A stretch of DNA of 64,000 nucleotides from Felis catus. Lineage: Eukaryota. The notes under the pieces were generated by a model that searched no databases, was not told where the DNA came from, and was given only the letters and a program-made list of their open reading frames with translations. Where the stretch lies: NCBI RefSeq assembly GCF_018350175.1, contig NC_058379.1, positions 24,242,001 to 24,306,000 on the forward strand, given 5' to 3'. Shown in pieces: positions 39,003 through 50,903 of the stretch. A program made the position numbers and the translations under genes. Numbering within the stretch: position 1 is the first letter of the stretch; every line of letters starts with the position of its first letter.

Positions 39003-39222
39003 CCAAAGTGTGAACATTTTTAAAAACACTTACGATTTTAAAATTTCCTTCAAACGCATTTCCTACTTTACAGGCTTCTTAAACAGAAGATGCCAAGCAT
39101 AACTATTTTCCTAGTGACTCAAGGTGATCATTATGATCACTTATTTTTGTTTTATGCCTAATTTTTATCAGTCCCTCACCCACTTCACCGAAGGTGATTT
39201 CTGATCAAAAGCTGGTGAATCA

Positions 39223-39434
39223 GGGGCGCCTGGGTGGCTCAGTCGGTTAAGCGTCCGACTTGGGCTCAGGTCATGATGTCATGGTTTGTGGGTCCTAGCC
39301 CCGTGTCAGGCTCTGTGCTGACAGAGCCTGGAGCCTCCCTTCAGATTCTGTGTCTCCCTTTCTTTCTGCCCCTCCCCTGCTCATGCTCCCTCTCTGTCTC
39401 TCAAAAATAAGTAATAAAAAAAAAGTTAAAAAAA
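39223..39434 (+). mobile_element. CAN-SINE
   Basis: Degenerate TSD AAAGCTGGTGAATCA / AAAGGTGGTGAAGCA. Confidence 0.93.
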
Positions 39435-39569
39435 AAAGGTGGTGAAGCAGATGAGCCACTTGATTAAACAGCAAATACCAAATAAGAGGAAGGTTAGTGA
39501 GAAATTCAGTTCAAGTTTTTAAAAAGTAGCTACTTGTGTTTTATATTTCATGTGGTATCAGTCAGCAGT

Positions 39570-39740
39570 CATTGTTACAACACTTTGAGGTCATCATTAT
39601 TATCTTCTCTATAAGTGGAAATGAAACATGAAGTTTGGTGAAGTTACATTAAGTGCCCTGGCCAAAGGCACACAGCTAAAAAGTAATTAGGATAGGATTC
39701 CAGAGAGCCTAATGAGTCCTTTCTCTTCCACCACAGGTGC
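39570..39740 (-). mobile_element. MIR
   Basis: ttacaacactttgaggtcatcattattatcttctctataagtggaaatgaaac...ccaaaggcacacagcta. Confidence 0.7.
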
Positions 39741-39817
39741 CTTGGGAGTAAGGCACATAGCTCTCATTCAGAGCTTTAGTTCAGTAGTTATTAGTCTTGT
39801 TTAATATCTCCCCTTTC

Positions 39818-39993
39818 TTTTTTTTTTTTTTTATTTTAGATAGAGCACGAGTGGGGAAAGGGACAGAGGGGGAGAGAGAGAGAATCTTAAGCAGGCAGAG
39901 CCCAATGTGAGGCTTGATTCCATGACCCAGAGATGGTGATCTGAGCTGAAATCAAGAGTCGGACGCTCAACCAATAGGCGACCCAGGTGCCCC
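39818..39993 (-). mobile_element. CAN-SINE
   Basis: Perfect 16-bp TSD TAATATCTCCCCTTTC at 39802-39817 and 39994-40009. Confidence 0.95.
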
Positions 39994-40064
39994 TAATATC
40001 TCCCCTTTCAACTTTCAGTGTAGATTTGTCTTTGGAGGTCTGTTGCTAGAGGAGGACCTAATTT

Positions 40065-40270
40065 TAGAACTGCGTTGTCCAATGCAGTAGCCACTAGCCA
40101 CTTGTAGCTATTTAAATTTAAAGTAATTGAAATGAAATAAAATTTAAACTTTAATTTCTTAGTCACTTTAGGCACATTTCAAGTGCTCAGTGGCCAAGTG
40201 TGGCTGGCTAGTGGCTACCATTATTAGATAGTACAGAGAACAGTTATATTACTGCAAGAAGTTCTAGTAT
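40065..40270 (+). mobile_element. MER3 (hAT-Charlie) DNA transposon
   Basis: tgtccaatgcagtagccactagccac...ctatttaaatttaaa...cacatttcaagtgctca...ggctagtggctaccattatt. Confidence 0.9.
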
Positions 40271-41360
40271 TCTCTCCCTTTGTCTAAGGGAAACTTACAC
40301 AACAATATACATAACAAAATTAATGTGCACGTATGTATCCATATGGGTATCTATGATGTAAGATGGTGAAAACTAAGTAAGGATATGGGTCCTGTGCCTT
40401 CATTTTTATATATCACAGTTTTATGTGATATCATGTGTAATTTATATTATATAATTTTATGGTCGGTGATGTGTGCATATTTACATTTTGCTCATATGCA
40501 TATCTTTTAAGTAATAGTCTTTTATTTTCCCATACAAAGCATTCCTGGAGAAGTATATGAAAGTCAAATATATAAAATATTAAGTAGGACAATACTAAAC
40601 TAGAGATTGACAGGTTCAGTGAGTGGAAAGTGTTCATTCCTAGATAACTAAAAAATGAAATATCAAATCAGGCCTTTCCTTTCAAGAATCATTTTTACAT
40701 CGTCTCTGGTTTTATTCTTCGCCATCGCAACAAAACCGTGCTTAGTTGTACCGTGTACATCCAGGGATGTGAAAGTTTTTCTGCTTTTGGCACCCTGTAA
40801 TCATTTTCATTTTTCAACCAGTCGTGTTAAATTATAGATTAATACAGCTGCCTTTTAAAAAGCTAGAATTGGCATTTCTATTTTCCTTATTACTACTCAT
40901 TTTTAAATAAAATAGTAAAGGAAAACTCAGTAAAATAATTACACAATTTATAAACATCGTTGAAAAAGGTGGTGATGATGTGGTAGCAGGTGGTATGATT
41001 GGCTAGAAAAGTATATCACCATGTTATAGACTTATTTAATCTTGAGAAAATGTAAAAATGTTCAAATTCAAACCGTGAAAGACAGATTAGGAATATTAGA
41101 GTATAACGTGAGAAAGTACAGATTAAACTGAAGCAGAATATTTGTGAATGATTGAACTAAGTAATAGATTGTACATGTAAGCAAACACACTTAATTTTGT
41201 GTAGCATTATATATTACATGTATTTGTTCTATATTTTATGTCCTGAATATACACATGAACCTACATGCATAGTAATTTACCTTATCACTCATTTGAGCTG
41301 TGGGAGAGTAGGATGTTATGTTATTACTGAGTTCAGTGATGTTTTAGAATTGGAAACCAG

Positions 41361-41595
41361 GGGTGCCTGGGTGGCTCAGTCGGTTAAGCGTCTGACTTCG
41401 GCTCAGGTTGTGATCTCACAGCTCATGAGTTTGAGCCCCACGTCAGGTTCTGTGCTGACAGCTTAGAGCCTGGAGCCTGCTTTGGCTTCTCTGTCTCCCT
41501 CTCTCTCTGCCCCTCCCCTGCTCACACTCTGTCTCTGTCTCTCTCTCTCTCTTTCAAAAATAAATAAACATTAAAAAAAAGAAAATGAAAAAAAA
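41361..41595 (+). mobile_element. CAN-SINE
   Basis: Perfect 16-bp TSD TAGAATTGGAAACCAG at 41345-41360 and 41596-41611. Confidence 0.95.
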
Positions 41596-41719
41596 TAGAA
41601 TTGGAAACCAGAAATGGAATGCTGGAAGTAAAGGCTTACGGTCAAACTCCAGGGGTGCTTGAGGGGTGAATAACTTATTGTTTCCCATGTTTAGTTTTTG
41701 AGTATTTGTACTTTAACCC

Positions 41720-42066
41720 TGTTTTAGTCCATCTGGACTGCTATAACAAAATACCATAGACTGGGTGGCTTAAACAACAAACATTTATTGCTTGCTTGAA
41801 AGTCCAAGATCAAGGTGACGGCAGGTGTCCAGTAAGGGCCTACTTCCTGGTTAATAGCTGGCCGTTTCCTTGCTGTGTTCTTACATGGCAGAAGGGGTAC
41901 CGAGCTCTGGGATCTCTTTTATAAGGATGCTTGCTAATCACGTTCATGGGGGGCTCCATTCACATGACCTAATCACTTCCCTAAAACTCCATCTCCAAAT
42001 ATCATCACCATGGGGATTAGGTTTCAACATAGCAATATGGAGGGACACAAACATTCAGTCCATTGC
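41720..42066 (-). mobile_element. MLT1A-type MaLR solo LTR
   Basis: tgttttagtccatctggactgctataacaaaataccatagactgggtggcttaaacaac...ggacacaaacattcagtccattgca; flanks AACCC/AACTC resemble a 5-bp TSD. Confidence 0.9.
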
Positions 42067-42625
42067 AAACTCTCTGAGATGAGAGGAATGGCCACATAAT
42101 AAAAAAGCAAGTATCAACAGTTTTAAAAACAGGGCATAAAGACTTTGGTCATTAGTTACATTTTTTTCATTATTGCTAAAATATTACAAGCCCTTACTAT
42201 TAGTAAGTGGTTACTGAAGGTAGCAGTCAAGATATTTAGAGCTTTTCATATTCTTCCTCTCTAGACTGTGCATCGCTTGAAGGTAGGAGCCCTGACTGCT
42301 TCTTTGTATTTGTGGTACACATCGCAGTGCCTAATGCTATATATTTTTAGGGAATTTAATGGAAGGAAGGAAGCATGGAAACTTATTCTGGTGACCCAAC
42401 TGTATTTTTATTATTTGTGAGATCATTTAGTGGCATGTGTGGACTGATCATTGAGGGTTCTTTGTGATGAACAACAAGAAATGAATGAGTGCCAACACTT
42501 GAAACTCTAGGCATCCCACTTTTAGTCCCGTGTGTTCACCAACTCCCTCCAAATTTCGCTTCTTAGCTAAAACTTCAGGTTAAAACCATTGTTCTCAGGT
42601 ATAGGTGCTCTCGGTAGTGAATCCA

Positions 42626-42677
42626 CATTGCCCTTCCTTTTCCATCTGCTGCATTGCCCTTCCTTTTCCACCTGCTG
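42626..42677 (+). repeat. Tandem duplication, 2 x 26 bp
   Basis: CATTGCCCTTCCTTTTCCA(T/C)CTGCTG twice with one mismatch. Confidence 0.9.
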
Positions 42678-43130
42678 GCCAGAATGTGGTGTATGTGAGG
42701 GGGTTGTTGAGACATCAAGTGTTCGACCTGGCTTCCTGGGCCCCACCTTCCCTCGCTGCTGCCCATATACTGTCTCTACTCAATCTCAAATGATAAAAAT
42801 TTGCCCCTTTCCCAGATGAAGCAGCTTCCTGTGAAATCTGTGATGGTAAGAGAAAAAGTAGTAGCAGGGACCAGTAGGGAAGAAGCAGATGGGCTACAGC
42901 AGATCACATGAGTTTTCTTGAAGCTGTGGGAAATCCTGTGGATCTCAGCACATCTTGACCTTTGCTTTGAAAAAGACTGGCATAGGATCCTGTGGGTGGC
43001 CGCTACATCTCCCAAGACCTGATAATACTGATTTGTTTTAGTCAGGTGGTTCAAATTTTGTCTGGAAGCAGTGGGTTCCCAGTTGCAGACAGTCTTTTAG
43101 GGAACAAGGAGAGAAGTGAATGAAGCATTG

Positions 43131-43458
43131 ATAGGAATTGAATGATATTGAACAATAAAATATTTAAAATATTTATTGGACTCCCCTTATATTCTGTTGG
43201 TCTGTAATTATGTGTTTTTTGTCGTTCTTTTCTCATTAACTAATAATTAGAATAGCTAATTTTATTGTGTACTTACTCTGTGTCAGGCACACCGCGAAAT
43301 TCTTTTTATTCAATCACAGTAACCCACAGTCTATCTTATCATCATCAAGTGAACTCCATAGTAGCATTTCTCTCACAAAAGTATAGAGAACTAATTTTTA
43401 TTCAGCAGCTATTTGTACATCCAATGAATATATGAACATATGTACATGCAATGAATAT
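43131..43458 (+). repeat. Long inverted repeat, left arm
   Basis: Reverse complement of 44246-44584, aligned by eye: about 20 substitutions and 4 small indels in ~330 nt. Confidence 0.97.
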
Positions 43459-44245
43459 CGTATAGAAAAAAGTTGGGGGAGTCCAAATCTATGAGTTTGG
43501 ACTAATTGTGCTATGTCTTGACAGGGATACAACTTTTAAGCTTTTCACTGAGGAAATCTTATAAAGTTGAGTTGGGGATTCTGGAGGGGCATAAGAGAGA
43601 CCTTTAAGTCTTCTCTCTTACATCTCTTTTCGAAACCTTCTAAAGAAAAGAAGCCAGGTTGTGGGCAGTATGGCCAAGTCGTACTTTTTCTCATCTTGTT
43701 TTTGAGTGCCCTAAGAAAACAAAACATGCATACTCTTCTTTTTTGTAACTACTGTGTAAAACTTGAGACCTTAACTTACATTTAACACTGGACTTTGCTT
43801 ACCTACACAGAATAGATAAATGATTTCGTTGTCTGACAGGGAAATCGGTTGTTCTTTCGGTGAAGTAATGAATGATAATGTTTTGTTTTAAATATACAAG
43901 AAGTTATCAGAATTCATCGAGACTACTATAGGATTTTTGTGTGTTTTTCTCCCCCAACTTCACTGAAATAACAGCACTATAAGTTTAAGGTGTACAAAGC
44001 ATGATTTGATTTACATGTATTGTAACTGTAATTGAAATGATTACCATAATAGATTTTTGTTTCTTAAAATATATACCTGAAATCAATAACCACAGAGATT
44101 TTTATCTCTTTCCATAAATAATTATAATTTACAGGTATTTGGCATATATACATGTATATATATTATATAAATAAGTATACTTATTTTAGTTTACATTTTC
44201 TACAAATGCTGCACTAAAGCTAAACTATAGCTGTTTTTATTTGGA

Positions 44246-44584
44246 ATATTCATTGCATGTACATATATTCATATATTCATTGCATGTACAAATAGCTGCT
44301 GAATAAAAATTAGTTCTCTATACTTTTGTGACAGAAATGCCACTATGGAGTTCACTTGCTGATGGTAAGACATAGACTGTGGGTTACTGTGATTGAATAA
44401 AAAGAATTTCACACAGTGTACCTAACACAGAGAAAGTACACAATAAAATTAACTATTCTGATTATGAGTTAATGAGAAAAGAACCACAAAAAGAATACAT
44501 AATTACAGACCAACAGAATGTAAGGGGAGTCCAATAAATATTTTAAATATTTTATTATTCAATATAATATTATTCAATTCCTAT
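44246..44584 (-). repeat. Long inverted repeat, right arm
   Basis: Reverse complement of 43131-43458; spacer 43459-44245 (787 nt). Confidence 0.97.
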
Positions 44585-45206
44585 GTTATATATTGCCTCT
44601 TGGATTCTAGAAATCACCTAAAATGTGACGTGCAAAGTGTAGTGAAAAATATCTATAAACACATTAAAGATTAAAACAGTGGCTGAGTCCATTGAAAGGA
44701 AATGATCTTATGAATTAGTAATGAAAGTGCATTTACAGGTTATTGTCGTACTAGGGTCTGAGTTTTAACAGCTGCTGGTAGTTTAAACTAATAGGACTCT
44801 GAATAGCCCATAATTGAGGATTCATTCTGTTTATGGATTGTTTCTTAATAGAAACACTTAATAGTATTACCTGTCTTAAATTACTTCAAAGAGTAGTTAT
44901 AAAAATGAAATAAGATAAGGTAAGTACCTATGTTTTATAAACATGATAAGTGCGAGAGATCTCAGTGTGTATGTAATATACAAAATTATAAAATTATTAA
45001 GTTTACTGAGTGATAGTTTTAGGAGTTGTTTGAAGCTTCATTTAGATCCCATGAATATAATCAGTGACAATTTCAAAGTGTATTGGACTGAAAGAGTTAA
45101 ATTTGTGTTACAAACATATCATATTAGAAGAGTATTTAAGTTAAATACGAGGCCAGGTATTTTAGAAACAGATGCCATATAGGCCATGAATATATTAATG
45201 TCATTT

Positions 45207-45561
45207 AGAACATGTTTTTAAGTTTATTTATTTTGAGAGAGAAAAAGAGAAAACGCAAGTTGGGGAGGGGCAGAAAAAGAGGGAGAGAAAAAGAATCCCG
45301 AGCAGGCTCCACACTGTCAGCACAGAGCCCGATACGAGGCTTGAACTCACGAACTGTGAGATTGTGACCTGAGCCGAAGTTGGATGCTTAACTGACTGAG
45401 CCACCGAGGTGCCCTAATTTTTTTTTTAATGTTTTTATTAATTTTTGAGTGAGAGCATGAGTAGGGGAGGGGCCAAGAGAGAGGAGGACAGAGGATCTGA
45501 GCAGGCTCTGTGACCTGAGCTGAAATCAGACACTCAACTGACTGAGTCCCCTAGGTGAGCC
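45207..45561 (-). mobile_element. Two tandem CAN-SINEs (one internally deleted) inside one TSD pair
   Basis: TSD ATTAATGTCATTT at 45194-45206 and 45562-45574. Confidence 0.88.
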
Positions 45562-46240
45562 ATTAATGTCATTTTTATGTATCATTTAATCAGGTACAAG
45601 GTCCTTACCTGGTTATATACTAGTAACATTTTGCTTCTTTACTTCTTTTGACTCTGTGTGCTTGAAAACAAACTGCATGTTCTTAAGACTATTCTAAAAT
45701 TTAAATATTTTATTAATTTTCTGGCCCTTTTTGCAATTAGCTGGAAGGAAGGCTGTTTTCTTCTAATCAGAATTGATCATACTAGTTTTTCAAACTAATC
45801 CAATTAAAGAACACAAAGGCCAGTAATCTTATTTTGTTTCTAAGCATACATAGATAACAGCTTTTAAATATTATGTCTGAAACACCACATTAAATGTAGC
45901 TATATTATAGCACTCATTATTAAAATTATCTTAATAACCATCACACATTGATTTTTCCCTTTAATTATAGAAAAGAGGAAAATTTGAAATAATCAGAATT
46001 TGAGTGTCTCTCATTTATCTTGCACTGTACCAGATACTTTGGTGAGATATAAAAAAATTTCCAAACACCTTGACTTTGAGGAGCTTAAAGGCGGGCTAAA
46101 ATGTATTTTAAAAATTATCAAGAAAACATTAAAAGGGATTTGTAAATAAATGCCAAAGAATGTGATAAAATTAATAAATGTTCTAGAAGTGACAAGAGTG
46201 AAAGTTTAAAAAATTTTTTAAGTTTTTAAAATTTATTTCA

Positions 46241-46471
46241 GGGGCGCCTGGGTGGCGCAGTTGGTTAAGCGTCCGATTTCAGCCAGGTCACGATCTCGCG
46301 GTCCGGGAGCTTGAGCCCCGCGTCAGGCTCTGGGCTGATGGCTCAGAGCCTGGAGCCTGTTTCCGATTCTGTGTCTCCCTCTCTCTCTGCCCCTCCCCCG
46401 TTCATGCTCTGTCTCTCTCTGTCCCCAAAAAATAAATAAACATTGAAAAAAAAATAAAAAAATAAATAAAT
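46241..46471 (+). mobile_element. Very young SINEC_Fc
   Basis: ggggcgcctgggtggcgcag...cagccaggtcacgatctcgcggtcc; perfect TSD AAAATTTATTTCA at 46228-46240 and 46472-46484. Confidence 0.97.
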
Positions 46472-46545
46472 AAAATTTATTTCAGTGATCTCTACACCCC
46501 ACTTGGGGCTTGAACTTATGATCCCAAGATCAAGAGTCGCATGCT

Positions 46546-46751
46546 GTGGGTGCCTGAGTGGCTCAGTCGGTTAAGTGTCCGACTTTGGCTCAGGTCATGA
46601 TCTCACGGTTTGTGGGTTTGAGCCTTCAGATTCTGTTTCCCTCTCTGTCTGCCCCTCTCCCACTCAGGCTTGCTCAAGTGCATGCACGCACTCTATTTCT
46701 CTCTCTCTCTCAAAAAGAAATAAACGTTAAAAAAAACTTTGTTTAAAAAAA
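46546..46751 (+). mobile_element. CAN-SINE, internally deleted
   Basis: TSD AAGAGT(C/T)GCATGCT at 46532-46545 and 46752-46765. Confidence 0.93.
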
Positions 46752-46998
46752 AAGAGTTGCATGCTCTTCCACCTGAGCCAGCCAGAAGCCCCAAAGAGTG
46801 AAAGTTTTAATATCATTTCCTTGAAAGAAGTATGCTAACATTTTATTATGCTGGAAGAAATCAGAATTGATTTCAAACTATTTACTAGGTTTTTGAACCA
46901 AGATGATGTCAGTTTTAGGTCTGCTGACCAGTTTTTCTAATAATCACCATCAGCCTTCTTCGAGCATAGTATATAAGTAAAACGCGCATTATCTTTTC

Positions 46999-47178
46999 NN
47001 NNNNNNNNNNNNNNNNNNNNNNNNNNNNNNNNNNNNNNNNNNNNNNNNNNNNNNNNNNNNNNNNNNNNNNNNNNNNNNNNNNNNNNNNNNNNNNNNNNNN
47101 NNNNNNNNNNNNNNNNNNNNNNNNNNNNNNNNNNNNNNNNNNNNNNNNNNNNNNNNNNNNNNNNNNNNNNNNNNNNNN
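46999..47178 (+). other. TTC28: N-gap predicted to hide TTC28 exon 3 (148 nt, AYFRQGVALQYLGRH...AMKSPMR)
   Basis: No exon-3 sequence found in sequenced DNA. The 180-nt gap is large enough, is preceded by a pyrimidine run (cattatcttttc) and lies ~10 kb upstream of exon 4. Inference only. Confidence 0.5.
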
Positions 47179-49383
47179 GGTCTGACACTAATTTAAAGTA
47201 GGACATTCCTAGCCTTTGAAGACTTTGGACATTGAGAATTGGTAGGTTATTGCTTTGGCCAAGATTGGATATTTTACACAAAGGAAGATCAAGAATCACT
47301 GTCCATGGCTGGTGTTAATGAGGCAGAACAGGATGGTGGTAAGAACACTGGTGCAGAAGCTTACGGACCTGGATTATATTTTCACATTTTTCATAAACTA
47401 ACTTTATGACTAGGGTGAGTGAATTAACTTTTCTGGATTTCAGGGTTATCCAAAGAATACTTTTTAAAAAAATAGTTCTGAGATTCCGTACCTCTAAATC
47501 ACAACACCTCTAGTAGTAAATTGATTTGCTCAGTTGGACCAATATGCCATCTAGAAATAAATGAGAGAAGACATTAGATATTCTAACATTGCGTAAAAGG
47601 AAATAATGGATCTAACTGTAGGCTATGTCTGTTTTTCAGAGGAACATGAAAAAACTATGTTGAATTAAAAGGAAAGAGAAAAGACAGACACTAGTTTACA
47701 TGGTTTTCTCCTGTTGTTACTTCTGTTTTATACCAATTGGTATTCTGGAAAAACAGTGGATTGGAACCAGTATCAAAGGTTGGAGGAGTTCTAAGGCCCC
47801 AAACCGATTGACTTCACTTTGAGAAACATGGATTTTTGCTGAATGAGCTCTTGGACAGATTAGGCTGAAAGGGTACACCAATAGTCATCTTTGCAGTGAT
47901 GGATACACTGAGGCAGATTGGTGGCAAATAGTAGACAGCGAATAATATTCCATATTAGATTATGTCAGGCAGAACTTTGTCTCTGAAATGGTACGTTTCT
48001 GAATGAACCTAAAATTTTTGATGGCAGTGTCATTAGACATCTAGTTTTGAAAATGTTTGTGGCATTATATAGTTTTAATATACTGGCTCATACACTATTT
48101 GGCTCAAAATAAAAGCTAAGTAAAAGTTTGATGAACTAAATGGTACTCCATCTCTGGGCAATTCATAGCTATAAAAAATGTTTTCCTGAAAGTTGAATAT
48201 TTCATGTTTTAGAAAAAAAGTGATAAGGAAATCTCTCCTCATGTGATTTTATAACCCCATACAAAGCTGAGTCTTAGCTTGTAGGAACCTAATGGCTTCT
48301 CCCACTGGGGGACCTGCTGTTAATAAACTCTGACTTAGAACAGATGCGCTTTGGAGCTCCAGGGCTTGGGGCGGGTGGGGGAAGTGGACAACAACAACAA
48401 AAATCAATCTGTCTCTCCTTGCCATTTTCTGGCATTTTCTCATTCTCTCCCTACATCCTTCTGCAAGTAATTTACATGGAATATATATACATTTACATGG
48501 GATATATATGTATATATATATAGTTCTTGAAGATATCACTTCTTTATTCTGAGGTGTTTCTGGGGCTGCCTTAGAATATTGGAGTGAATGTGTTGAGATC
48601 AGCAGAATCATACTTACCATTTTGCCTTTGAAGCAATTTGTTTAGATAAATGTAAGAAAACCTTCCTGCACTTCCAGAAAGAGTTCAGTGCTGCTGTCCT
48701 GTCCCCCTTAGGGTTTTCTGTGCTGCATTTTCTCCTATCTTATACCGAATGACCTAAGGCTGACCCTGGAGAAAGCCGCATCTTACAGGTGCCTGGAGCA
48801 CTTCAGTATTTTCTTCTCTTTCCTTAAGGCGATTTGATTTATCTCATTTATTTTTAGCATTGCCTTTACCCCCGTACCTATTCCAGGTGGGCTTCTCTTA
48901 TCAACATTTTATAGAGGCTGTTCCTTGGCACGGTGTTGTTCTGTGCATCATTTCACATCTTAATGACCTCTCTTTTTGTCATATGGTTGCAATTCACAAA
49001 ATCTGTCATCATTTGCTGCCCATTTTTTACCCACTGTTTATTTTAGCCTCCTGCAGCTTTCTGAGTTCCTGCCATTGTTGTGTATCTGTGCAGTTTGGGT
49101 CACTTTACATATAGGTCTGATCTGTTACATCGTTTTTCTGGTTTTGGTTTTCTTCTTTTACAATTCTTAAATGCAAAAGAGAAAGCTCCCTAGTCCAGGT
49201 GCTTCTATAAGGAAACAAAGCTCTAGTGGTGTGCATAGCATCCCTGTGGTTTGNNNNNNNNNNNNNNNNNNNNNNNNNNNNNNNNNNNNNNNNNNNNNNN
49301 NNNNNNNNNNNNNNNNNNNNNNNNNNNNNNNNNNNNNNNNNNNNNNNNNNNNNNNNNNNNNNNNNNNNNNNNNNNNNNNNNNN

Positions 49384-49472
49384 CAGGGGCTCCAACCCAG
49401 GAACTGTGAGATCATGACCTGAGCTGAAACCAAGAGTCGGACACTCAATCGACTGAACCACCCAGGTGCCCT
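49384..49472 (-). mobile_element. CAN-SINE head; tail lies in the N-gap
   Basis: gaactgtgagatcatgacctgagctgaaaccaagagtcggacac...ccacccaggtgccc. Confidence 0.9.
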
Positions 49473-50704
49473 AAGATTTCATTATTTTTAAAGGTAGGGC
49501 CAATCTATGTTAATATGCCCTGTTCCCACATAAATATGTTCTATTTATCCATATTGAAACTTACTTGATTTTTTTATAGTGTTGCTGATACTGCTAACTG
49601 AATTCGTAAGTCTGTTTTACTTTATTTTTATGATTTCACTCATGTTCACCAACCAAGAGATCAGTTAAACTACTTCTCCTGTGGATATATTTACGTCCTT
49701 ATATATAATGTATTTCCTTAAATCATTAATGAAAATGTAAAAATAAGCATAAATATAAAATGATACTCTTTTTCATGACCTTCTCAAGTTATCCTTTCAC
49801 TATTTTCTGTTTCTCCTTTTGAGATAGTCTGTCAGCAATCTCAGCACATTGTATCTTATAAATGCTTATGCAAATTTGGATGGGATAGGATAGTGCTATT
49901 GCCACCCAAATTCAATAATATAATTACAAAGTGAGATTGAGTTTACCTTTATTTGTTCCTCTAAAGACGCCAGGGCTGCTTCTTGCTGAGGGTTCTCTTG
50001 TGTATATTTTCTCTCCTCCCGTTAATTTGGTAATCTAAAGACTATTACATTTATGGGCTATCACCTGTCGTGGTGTTTCTACCAGCTCCAGAGGATCCAG
50101 GGAAGCTAATTTAAGGAGTGCTGGTGGAAAATGGCTGTTGAATGTATAAGCTTTTCTCTGAGGGTCAAGTTGGGGCTCACCTTTTATTTGCCTAATTGCC
50201 ACCCCCCCTCGGTGAGCTCTTTCTCTGATTTTCTTTTAGGTGGCAGTCACTTCACAGGAGGCCTGTTTTCTGAAATGTTATGTTAAAAAAAAAAAAGACT
50301 GGAACCGAATCCCAGTGCTGCCATTTGCTATTTCATTGACTGAGCAAGGTTGCTTCCTTTCTCTACACCTCAGTCCTTACCCGTAAGAGGGAAATGACAA
50401 TATACACCTCCTGATGTTGTTTTGAGAATCCAGCACCAGAAAGCGTAAGCTGGTCCTTGCAGGCCACCTTCCCCTCTTCAGTGCGATGTGCTCCTCGCTG
50501 AGGAGTGCACATAGCAGCAGTAGTAAGCCTGCTCTTGGATTTTTGACAGGCACGGCGTTGTGTGGAATGAACACTGTGCTACTGTATGTGGTCCTCTTGC
50601 TGAGCACTCACTGGAAAATTTGGTCTCGGGCCTCAGTGTCAGGAAGAGTGTATTTCTCCCGAGTAGGTATATTTTTATTTAAAAGATCTGGGAATTTATG
50701 TAAG

Positions 50705-50886
50705 AGATCTGGGTGGCTTAGTGGGTTCAGCTCAGGTCATTCATGATCTCGCGGTCTGTGAGTTCAGCTCGGAGCCCGGAGCCTGCTTTGGATTCTGTGT
50801 CTCCCTCTCTCTCTGCCACTCCCTCACTCACACGGGCGTTCTCTCTCTCTCCAAAAAATAAGTAAACATTAAAAAAATTTTTTTTC
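50705..50886 (+). mobile_element. CAN-SINE with degraded 5' end
   Basis: ctgggtggcttag...cagctcaggtca...gcctgctttggattctgtgtctccctctctctctgcc...aaacattaaaaaaa. Confidence 0.9.
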
Positions 50887-50903
50887 AAGGTCTAGGAATT
50901 TTA

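Larger units (their letters stand above)
46208..46793 (-). mobile_element. Older carnivore SINE hosting two + strand SINEs
   Basis: gtgatctctacaccccac...aagatcaagagtcgcatgct//cttccacctgagccagccagaagcccc; perfect 14-bp TSD AAGAGTGAAAGTTT at 46194-46207 and 46794-46807. Confidence 0.9.

Noticed and set aside
39124-39197. Small hairpins (GTGATCA-TTA-TGATCAC, TCACC-GAA-GGTGA) and a loose stem at ~12720-12790
   Set aside because: Stems are too short or irregular for a pre-miRNA and are expected by chance in AT-rich DNA.
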